NCBI GenBank assembly: GCA_965217895.1
Contig: CBDCJV010000002.1
Location: forward strand, 1,888,001 to 1,952,000
Reading direction: 5' to 3'
Origin: Waterburya sp.
Lineage (GTDB): Bacteria; Cyanobacteriota; Cyanobacteriia; Cyanobacteriales; Xenococcaceae
DNA: 64,000 bases
The stretch's first letter is position 1, and each line of letters starts with the position of its first letter. Made by a program: the position numbers and the translations under genes. Below the pieces are notes generated by a model, which did not search any database, was not told where the DNA came from, and was given only the letters and a program-made list of their open reading frames with translations. This document shows positions 42,460 to 49,823 of this stretch, one piece after another.

Positions 42460-43596
42460 ATGGCAGGGGACTACTATCAAATTCTGGGCGTATCCCAAGA
42501 TGTAGATAAAGATGAATTAAAGCGCGCTTATCGCCGTCTGGCTCGCCAGTACCATCCCGATGTCAACAAAGAGGCGGGAGCAGAGGAAAAGTTCAAAGAA
42601 ATCAGTCGCGCCTATGAGGTTCTTTCTGAACCTGAAACTCGCGCTAGATACGATCGCTTTGGGGAAGCTGGCGTAGGTGGTGCAGCAGGGGCATCAGGAT
42701 ACGATTACGGCGACATGGGTGGATTTGCCGATATCTTTGAAACTATCTTTAGTGGATTTGGCGGTGGTGTTGGTACTAGCCCTGGTCAATCTCGTCGTCG
42801 TAACGGTCCAGCTAGAGGAGACGATCTGCGACTAGACTTAAAGCTGGACTTCCGAGAGGCTGTCTTTGGTGGCGAAAAGCAAATAAAAATTCCTCATCTA
42901 GAATCATGTGACACCTGCAACGGTACGGGAGCAAAACCAGGTACAGGAGTTAAAACTTGTGGTACCTGTAGCGGTAGCGGTCAGGTACGCCGGGCAACTC
43001 GCACTCCTTTTGGTAGTTTTGCTCAGGTTGCAGCCTGTACTACCTGTAATGGTACAGGACAAGTAATTGAAGAAAAATGTAGTATTTGTCATGGTGCAGG
43101 TCGTCAACAAGAGACTAAAAAGCTAAAAATTACTATTCCTCCTGGTGTAGATAACGGAACTCGTCTGAGAGTCTCTGGAGAGGGAGATGCTGGAGTTCGT
43201 AGCGGTACACCAGGCGACCTATACGTATATTTGTTTGTTGAATCTGACAAAGAGTTTACCAGAGAAGGAATCAACATTAGGTCAGAACTTACCGTCAGCT
43301 ATCTCCAGGCAATTTTGGGCTGTAATTTAAATATAAATACTGTTGATGGCAAAGAAGAATTAATCATTCCAGCGGGAACTCAACCTAATACTGTGCTGAC
43401 TTTAGAAAATAAAGGAGTACCCAAATTAGGTAATCCTGTTAGTAGAGGCAATCATTTAATTACAGTCAAGATAGATATTCCGACTAAGATTAACTCCGAG
43501 GAAAGGGAACTGTTAGAAAAGCTAGCCACCGTTAGAGGTGAAGCTACAGGTAAAGGTAGCAAAGAGGGCTTTTTAGGAGGTTTGTTCCAAAAATGA
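42460..43596 (+). CDS. dnaJ: Molecular chaperone DnaJ (class A)
   Basis: HPD motif, G/F region, four CxxCxGxG repeats. Confidence 0.97.
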   Translation: MAGDYYQILGVSQDVDKDELKRAYRRLARQYHPDVNKEAGAEEKFKEISRAYEVLSEPETRARYDRFGEAGVGGAAGASGYDYGDMGGFADIFETIFSGFGGGVGTSPGQSRRRNGPARGDDLRLDLKLDFREAVFGGEKQIKIPHLESCDTCNGTGAKPGTGVKTCGTCSGSGQVRRATRTPFGSFAQVAACTTCNGTGQVIEEKCSICHGAGRQQETKKLKITIPPGVDNGTRLRVSGEGDAGVRSGTPGDLYVYLFVESDKEFTREGINIRSELTVSYLQAILGCNLNINTVDGKEELIIPAGTQPNTVLTLENKGVPKLGNPVSRGNHLITVKIDIPTKINSEERELLEKLATVRGEATGKGSKEGFLGGLFQK

Positions 43597-43874
43597 ACCC
43601 TGTTGACCCCTTAAAAGGTACGGATAATCCTACCTCCAAAGAGGCTGATGCTCATTTAGATTTGCGTGGCACTCCCTGCCCGATTAATTTTGTGCGAACT
43701 AAGCTTCGTTTAGAACAAATGTCCCCTGGTTCTTTATTAGAAGTTTGGCTCGATGCTGGTGAGCCGATTGAGCAAGTTCCAGACAGTCTCAAGATGGAAG
43801 GTTATCATCTAGAAGCTATTGATGAGCGTCAAGACTTTTTTTCTTTACTAGTTCGTCGTCCGACAAAATCGTGA
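43593..43874 (+). CDS. TusA-family sulfurtransferase
   Basis: LDLRGTPCP motif; overlaps the dnaJ stop (ATGA). Confidence 0.88.
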   Translation: MNPVDPLKGTDNPTSKEADAHLDLRGTPCPINFVRTKLRLEQMSPGSLLEVWLDAGEPIEQVPDSLKMEGYHLEAIDERQDFFSLLVRRPTKS

Positions 43875-44998
43875 AAGATGCAGATTTAAACGGCGCAGTT
43901 GAGCTTAAGCTTGGTTGCTCTATTCAGTCTACAGATACTGATAGCCACATAATTGGCACTGTGGTAGCTGTTCAGGCGAACTTTTACCATGTCAAACTAG
44001 AAAATAATGACAAGGCTCAATTCTTGCTGTGTACCCGTCGAACTCGGCTCAAAAAAATTGGGCAAAAAGTGATGGTTGGCGATCGCATTATCGTGGAAGA
44101 ACCAGATTGGCAAGATGCTAGAGGGGCGATCGCTCAAGTTATTCCTCGCACTACAGAACTACAGCGTCCTCCAGTTGCCAATGCCCAGAGCATTTTACTA
44201 GTATTTGCGGTTGAAGAACCTACTTTAGATCCCTGGCAGTTGAGTCGCTTTTTAGTTAAAGCCGAATCTACTGCTTTAAATTTATGTTTATGTCTCAATA
44301 AATGCGATTTGATTACCCAATTGCAACAGCAAAAGTGGCAGAAACGTCTTGAGCAATGGGGTTATCAGGCAAACTATATCAGCGTTCAGCAGCAGTCTGG
44401 CATCAATGAGCTACTGGAACAGTTAAAGGGAATGATTACCGTGGTAGCAGGACCAAGTGGTGTCGGCAAATCGAGCTTAATTGATGCCTTAATTCCTTCT
44501 GTTAATCTCAGGATTGCTGAAGTCTCAGGCAAGCTACAGCGAGGTCGTCATACTACCCGCCATGTGGAGTTATTTGAGCTTCCTGGGGGTGGTTTGTTGG
44601 CAGATAGCCCAGGCTTCAACCAGCCAGATTTGGACTGTTTACCGAAGGATTTAGCTCAGTATTTTCCCGAAGCCAAAGCTAGACTGCAAACAAAAAGCTG
44701 TCAGTTTAGTGATTGTCTGCACCGAGATGAACCTAATTGCGCAGTTAGAGGAGATTGGGAACGTTATGAATATTATCTTGATTTTTTAAATAAGGCGATC
44801 GCTCGTCAAGATATTTTAGATCGACAGCCAGATCCAGAGTCTAGCCTAAAACTAAAGGTCAAAAGAGCAGGAAAAAGCCATTACGAACCAAAATTACAAA
44901 CTAAGAAATACCGTCGTACCTCTCGCAAAACGAAACATCAAAATCTACAAGATGTTTATGATCGACAGTTACAAGAACAAATAGAAGATGAGAATTAA
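43871..44998 (+). CDS. rsgA: Small ribosomal subunit biogenesis GTPase
   Basis: NKCD, GPSGVGKSS, GRHTT, DSPG, CQFSDCLHRDEPNC zinc site. Confidence 0.95.
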   Translation: MKDADLNGAVELKLGCSIQSTDTDSHIIGTVVAVQANFYHVKLENNDKAQFLLCTRRTRLKKIGQKVMVGDRIIVEEPDWQDARGAIAQVIPRTTELQRPPVANAQSILLVFAVEEPTLDPWQLSRFLVKAESTALNLCLCLNKCDLITQLQQQKWQKRLEQWGYQANYISVQQQSGINELLEQLKGMITVVAGPSGVGKSSLIDALIPSVNLRIAEVSGKLQRGRHTTRHVELFELPGGGLLADSPGFNQPDLDCLPKDLAQYFPEAKARLQTKSCQFSDCLHRDEPNCAVRGDWERYEYYLDFLNKAIARQDILDRQPDPESSLKLKVKRAGKSHYEPKLQTKKYRRTSRKTKHQNLQDVYDRQLQEQIEDEN

Positions 44999-45023
44999 CT
45001 AAGTGATTATTAATTAAGTCAAT

Positions 45024-45212
45024 ATGCAAACTACTTCTGAATATACCTGCGCTTTTTGTGGCGAGTCTAATAGCACTTTCATCGATCTAAGCGCGGGAAT
45101 GCAGCAGTCTTATACCGAAGATTGCCAGGTGTGTTGCCGTCCTAATGTTTTATATATTTGTGTTGATGAAGATACTCTAGATGTTCAAATTAACAGCGAT
45201 TATGAAGAATAG
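45024..45212 (+). CDS. CPXCG-motif cysteine-rich protein
   Basis: CAFCGE...YTEDCQVCCRPN. Confidence 0.85.
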   Translation: MQTTSEYTCAFCGESNSTFIDLSAGMQQSYTEDCQVCCRPNVLYICVDEDTLDVQINSDYEE

Positions 45213-45672
45213 GATTTAAGTAATTTCATTTAAATAACCTGAGTTCGGGATAAGAAAAAGGACAGGTAGTAAGCTGAAAATAACAACTTTCTTCAGTAAA
45301 CCTGCCCTATGTTTAGTTTAGATGCTTTATTTTGTGATGTAGACGATTTTTGTCTTGTTTTTGAACCTGAATGGCAAAAGAAGTTGCTAAGTCATGGCGG
45401 AATAAAAAGACGCAGAGCGAAAAACCTCTGTTTGAGTGAAATAATGACGATTTTAATTGCGTTTCATCAAAATCACTATCGCAATTTTAAACACTTTTAT
45501 CTTGACTATGTAAAACAGCATTGGCATTTGGCTTTTCCAGGACTTCCTAGCTATCAAAGATTTGTGGAATGGACTCCTTCAACTTTAATTCCGTTGTGTG
45601 TCTACCTCAAACGTTGTTTTGGAAACTGTACAGGGATTGGTTTTGTTGATGCTACTAGTCTCAAAGTTTGTC

Positions 45673-45720
45673 AACACGGTGGTTGTATAAGCTGGGGAAA
45701 CCCCAGCATACCCCACCGTC
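45673..45720. repeat. 48-nt in-frame mini-insertion (family B arms, shared GCTGGGGAAACCCCAGC hairpin)
   Basis: Interrupts the VC|HNRRI motif; nested stems ACGGTGG/CCACCGT, GTAT/ATAC, GCTGGGG/CCCCAGC; GTCA at both junctions. Confidence 0.85.
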
Positions 45721-45795
45721 ACAATCGCCGAATTAAACGCCACAAAGTTTTTGATGGTTTAGCTCAAAGAGGTAAAACTTCGGTTGATTGGTTTT

Positions 45796-45843
45796 GCGGT
45801 GCGACCCCGCTGGGGTTTCCCCAGCATGGGAACGCGCACCAAG
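45796..45843. repeat. 48-nt in-frame mini-insertion (family A, copy 3)
   Basis: Removal restores TGG TTT TAT GGT TTT AAG (WFYGFK). Reverse complement is CTT-GGTGCGCGTTCCC-ATGC-TGGGGAAACCCCA-GCGGGGTCGCACC-GC. Confidence 0.88.
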
Positions 45844-46175
45844 ATGGTTTTAAGCTCCACTTAGTAGTCAACGAGATCGGTCAACTGTTAAATGCTCAAC
45901 TTACTCCTGGAAACTTTGATGATCGTCGTCCTATTCCTGACTTGCTTCAAGGTCTTTTTGGTAAATTTTTTGCAGACAGAGGCTATGTCTCCCAAAAGCT
46001 TGCTAATCAATTGCTCGAAGAGTTTGGGATTCAGTTTTTTGCTAAACCCAGACGTAATATGAAGAATAAATTAATGCGACTTCATGACAAACTTCTATCC
46101 CGCCACCGATCAATTATTGAGACAATTAATGACCAACTCAAAAATATTTCTCAAATCGAACATTCTCGCCATCGA

Positions 46176-46196
46176 TTGCGAAGCTAGCCGAAGGCA
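46176..46196. repeat. 21-nt insertion into a CGATCG (HIP1-core) site
   Basis: CGA|TTGCGAAGCTAGCCGAAGGCA|TCGC; removal restores CAT CGA TCG CCA (HRSP). Confidence 0.85.
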
Positions 46197-46392
46197 TCGC
46201 CAGTAAGTTTTTGCGTTAATGTTCTTTGTGGATTAATCGCTTATTGTCATCAACCTAAAAAGCCTAGTCTCCGCCTTGATTGGCTTTTGCCTCAATCTGC
46301 TTAACCCGAACTCAGGTTAACTAATTTTTATTAAGTTGGCAACTATATTTTAAAAATAAGAAAAAATACTTAGTTGCAAATGTAAAAATACT

Positions 46393-46421
46393 GAGATTAA
46401 CTTTAAACATCAGTTAATCTC
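46393..46421. promoter_or_regulatory. Perfect 10-bp palindrome with 9-nt spacer upstream of the HDO gene (candidate operator)
   Basis: GAGATTAACT-ttaaacatc-AGTTAATCTC. Confidence 0.4.
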
Positions 46422-46636
46422 TTGTTTAAATTTAGGTAGGCTTTCGGATGTCTATTAGCTGACAAACATCTAATAATTAGAACAGAAAGCTACAAAATAA
46501 AAAGTAAATCAAACATATGAAATATTATTTTTTGATTGACTTTAAACAAACCAAAAGCTAGGAGTTGCTAAAAAGCTTTTTTAGAACAATTTCGTAATTA
46601 GCTAAGGTTCAGTTTGTTTTGTAACTAAAAAAGAAA

Positions 46637-47590
46637 ATGCGGTCAAATATATTCAGTCTGCAAACTAGTAGATTTCACCGCAAATGTTTAATGAATTGTT
46701 TTGTGATTCTTATGGCTGAAAATGCTAACACAGGTGCTAGTGATCGAGCAAGAAGTAGCCAAGATCAATTAGATCTTGATAACACAGAATGGGTGCAAAT
46801 TGCCCCAGATAAAGTAGTAGTAGCTACTGCTGAGCGTGCTTGGTTGTATCAATCTCGTTCTGCTGACGATCGCTTTGCTCAACCAATGGAAGGTGCTGGT
46901 AGTTTTGCTACCACTCGGAAGTTGTTAGATACGGCGATCGCTGCTGCTAAATGTGCAGTCAAGTCTGAACTCAGACCACCTGCGTTGACCTCTATTCGCT
47001 GGATTTGGCGATTGGCTGGTGCTTACCACATGACTTTTTCTGTCCCAGATCTAATGAGAAATGTTGCTAAAAGCTTTGCTGTTAATAGCCGTTTTGCATT
47101 AGAAGAGTGGGCTTTAGAAAAAGCTGAAGAGGAAACAGGTCACGATCGCCTAGCTTTGCTCGATATTCAGTCCTTGGGATACGATGCTGAGGCTGTGGTT
47201 GAGACTCTTGTTCCTCCTGCTGCTGTTGCTTTGATGGATTATTTTACTCGTAGTGCCAAAGATAGTAATCCAATCGATTGTGTGGGCTACACCTATACAA
47301 TGGAACGTTTATCTTTGGGCATTGAGGAAGAATATATCCAAAAGGTTGAAGCTTTGCTTCCGACTCAGACCAATGCTACTCGCTGTCTGCGCGTACATAG
47401 TTCCGTTGGTGCTGATGCTGGACACGCAGTAGAAAATGTTTCACTAGTAGCAGGGCTTACTGCCTCTGAACGAACTCGTGTGGCAAGAGCTTGTTATGAA
47501 ACTGCACTTATGTCTTTTAGTCCACCACCTGGAGGCTATATTTCTGATCTTGAGCTTCAGCAAACTCTAGAGTCATTTAAGCTTAATTGA
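46637..47590 (+). CDS. Putative heme-oxygenase-like diiron oxidase (HDO / iron-containing redox enzyme)
   Basis: Helical core with a candidate ligand set E164-E165-E166-x2-H169, E223 (YTME) and H254-x5-D260-x2-H263, resembling the E/H/E/H/D/H set of CADD/UndA/BesC-type HDOs. The start may be ATG 46691 or 46712. Confidence 0.65.
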   Translation: MRSNIFSLQTSRFHRKCLMNCFVILMAENANTGASDRARSSQDQLDLDNTEWVQIAPDKVVVATAERAWLYQSRSADDRFAQPMEGAGSFATTRKLLDTAIAAAKCAVKSELRPPALTSIRWIWRLAGAYHMTFSVPDLMRNVAKSFAVNSRFALEEWALEKAEEETGHDRLALLDIQSLGYDAEAVVETLVPPAAVALMDYFTRSAKDSNPIDCVGYTYTMERLSLGIEEEYIQKVEALLPTQTNATRCLRVHSSVGADAGHAVENVSLVAGLTASERTRVARACYETALMSFSPPPGGYISDLELQQTLESFKLN

Positions 47591-47691
47591 TTCTATTAAG
47601 TTGATTTAAGCCTAGTCACAAAATAATTCATCAACCAAGAACAAACAGTTTTTGGTACAAATTAACAATTAAAAATTCACGGAGAATAAAT

Positions 47692-47838
47692 ATGAATACT
47701 GCAACAGCTACTCAAATCAAACACGTTGAAAATACTCTAGAAATTTTGAACCAATTTGGCATCGAAATCGATTTGGACAATATTTTGGCTAAAGAGTTTG
47801 AAGCAGGATTATCTAGTGATATTAGCAACTGCATTTAA
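47692..47838 (+). CDS. Unannotated 48-aa peptide, candidate RiPP precursor
   Basis: GGAGAA RBS at 47681-47686; MNTATATQIKHVENTLEILNQFGIEIDLDNILAKEFEAGLSSDISNCI; lies between the HDO gene and a terminator. Confidence 0.7.
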   Translation: MNTATATQIKHVENTLEILNQFGIEIDLDNILAKEFEAGLSSDISNCI

Positions 47839-47926
47839 AATTTAAGGCTTAACGTCAATTAGAAAAAAGCACTTTTTTCGCTTTTCATTTATTTATAGAT
47901 AACGCCTGTTGAAGGCTAAAAATACT

Positions 47927-47990
47927 ACCTCACTGAGCTTAATTTTTACTTGAAAATAAACTCAGTGAGGTGTTTCTTTTGTTTTTTTTA
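47927..47990 (+). terminator. Intrinsic terminator closing the HDO-peptide unit (possibly bidirectional)
   Basis: ACCTCACTGAG...CTCAGTGAGGT perfect 11-bp stem followed by GTTTCTTTTGTTTTTTT. Confidence 0.75.
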
Positions 47991-47998
47991 AATTTTCT

Positions 47999-49636
47999 TT
48001 AGTTTAATTGTTCTGATAAAGTAGATTTACTCGCGATCGCTGTTGCTTCATCCAGATGTTTAACTAGTGTTTTTTGGGGTAATGCGCCTTGGATATGCTG
48101 CCAGGGAAGAATCTGCTTACCTGAATCCCAATGGTCATGAACATAGTAATCTAAGGTGGGTATTTGCCCTCGCAGTTGTTTAAAGGCTCGTTTGTAGCTG
48201 CCTACAGAGTCACCATATTCTCTGGTTAATTGCAGCAGCTTTCCTAAACGGCGATCACCACGAGAAATTAAAGCCTGAATTACTGACCAATTATAGCTTT
48301 CAGGGCGAAAATCAATACCTTGTTGGCGCAGATTTTTCTCTAGATATTTAAGTCTTTTCTTGGCTTCGGGATTGACTCCAAACCATTGAAAGGGAGTGTG
48401 AGATTTTGGTACAAAGGTGCTGCATCCTAAAGTCAGGCGTAAACTAGGCACAGCTTTTTTAATTGCCGACATCATGGACACAGTTGCTTCTACATCAGCC
48501 ATATCTTCCCCTGGAATGCCAACCATTCCGTAAAGCTTAAGGGCTTTTAATCCTCCTGCTTTGGCATTGATAGCTGCTTGAATAATTTCGTCGTTAGTGA
48601 GTTTTTTATTGACGATCTGTCTAACTTTGGCTGAACCACTTTCTACAGCAATGGTAATTGAACGGGTATTACGGTTTGCTAAGGTAGCAGCCAGCTTTTC
48701 TGTGACGGTGTTAGTACGCACTGAAGCAATACTAAGACGCACATCTTCATATTGAGGCTGAGATAGATAATCCAAGATGGCTGCAAATTCTGGATGCTGG
48801 GTTACAGATGCGCCTAATAAACCCAAACGCTTAGTAACTTTCAAACCTTTTTCAATAGCAGGAATTAAAGAGTCATTTAAAGATGCAGTACGAAATGGCA
48901 AAGTCAAATAGCTAGCTAAACAGAAGCGACACATTTCAGGACAACTGCGGACAACCTCCACCATATAAATATTCTCCCAGGCTGCCTTTTCCGTAACCAC
49001 GGTAGAAGCCGAGAGAGTATTGCCACGATAGGTTTGTTTTTGAACTGCTGCGGGAATATCAGGATCGACAGGTGCGATCGCCTTGATTTCGCCATCAGGA
49101 GCATGATAAGTTACTTCGTATAGACTGGGAATATAAATACCTGGGACTTGGGCTAGATGCTTAAGCTTAGTCAAGCGGTCTGCGTTTCTTACCTGTTGAT
49201 AAGCATCAATAAAGCTATCGAGTAAATTCTCTCCATCTCCTAGCAAAATTACATCAAAGAAATCAGCAAAAGGTTCAGGGTTAGCGGTTAAAACCGTTCC
49301 TCCTCCGAATACTAGAGGATGATCGTTTTGTCTATCGATGCTCTCAAGAGGAATATCTAAAGACTCCAATAGATTAAAAATATTAATATAATCTAGTTCC
49401 CAGGATACCGAAAAACCCAGTAATTCGGGATTTCTGGGTAGAGTTTCGCTTAGGTCAGTAAATAGGCGACTAACATCAACATCAGAACGCATTGCCAAAG
49501 TCGCCCAAACGATTTGAAAACCCAAACTAGTAATACCAATGGTGTATTCATTAGGAAAAGCAAAAATAGCGGGAATGGCGTTGGTCTTTGGAGTTGCAGG
49601 AGTAAATAACAGACGTTCTTGTTGAAATACAGTCAC
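47999..49636 (-). CDS. B12-binding-domain radical SAM protein (conserved cyanobacterial type)
   Basis: FPNEYTIGITSLG, GGTVLTANPEP, CPEMCRFC cluster motif, FVPKSHTPFQW. Confidence 0.88.
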   Translation of the reverse strand: MTVFQQERLLFTPATPKTNAIPAIFAFPNEYTIGITSLGFQIVWATLAMRSDVDVSRLFTDLSETLPRNPELLGFSVSWELDYINIFNLLESLDIPLESIDRQNDHPLVFGGGTVLTANPEPFADFFDVILLGDGENLLDSFIDAYQQVRNADRLTKLKHLAQVPGIYIPSLYEVTYHAPDGEIKAIAPVDPDIPAAVQKQTYRGNTLSASTVVTEKAAWENIYMVEVVRSCPEMCRFCLASYLTLPFRTASLNDSLIPAIEKGLKVTKRLGLLGASVTQHPEFAAILDYLSQPQYEDVRLSIASVRTNTVTEKLAATLANRNTRSITIAVESGSAKVRQIVNKKLTNDEIIQAAINAKAGGLKALKLYGMVGIPGEDMADVEATVSMMSAIKKAVPSLRLTLGCSTFVPKSHTPFQWFGVNPEAKKRLKYLEKNLRQQGIDFRPESYNWSVIQALISRGDRRLGKLLQLTREYGDSVGSYKRAFKQLRGQIPTLDYYVHDHWDSGKQILPWQHIQGALPQKTLVKHLDEATAIASKSTLSEQLN

Positions 49637-49823
49637 AGATTATTAATTGGTTGGCTTTGATTGTAGCTTGGATATGCAGCTATTTTAATTATCTATCCCT
49701 TTGGAGTTAGGTTGCAGAAATTCTCAATATTTTTAAAAATTACAATCATCTCCTATAGCCATTTAAGCTGATGTGTATTTGAACTGCGCTTTATTTAAAT
49801 CTGACAATGGTATTTGCAACAAT

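Larger units (their letters stand above)
45309..46304 (+). pseudogene. IS982 transposase pseudogene
   Basis: LFCDVDDF, LSEIMTILI, SYQRF, DAT, GFKLHL, ADRGY, RSIIETIND. Two in-frame 16-aa insertions, plus a 21-nt insertion giving TAG at 46185-46187. The frame resumes [24 protein letters not shown] and ends at TAA 46302-46304. Removing the 117 inserted nt gives a 292-aa ORF. Confidence 0.88.
45237..46317 (+). mobile_element. IS982-family insertion sequence carrying three small internal insertions
   Basis: 18-bp terminal inverted repeats ACCTGAGTTCGGGATAAG / CTTAACCCGAACTCAGGT (17/18 match). Flanks TAAATA and TAACTA may be a decayed target duplication. Confidence 0.9.

Noticed and set aside
45309..46187. 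Intact 292-aa transposase as given in the ORF track
   Set aside because: The stop lies inside a 21-nt insertion and the conserved C-terminus continues in frame to 46304. The normal-looking length is a coincidence of the two 16-aa insertions.
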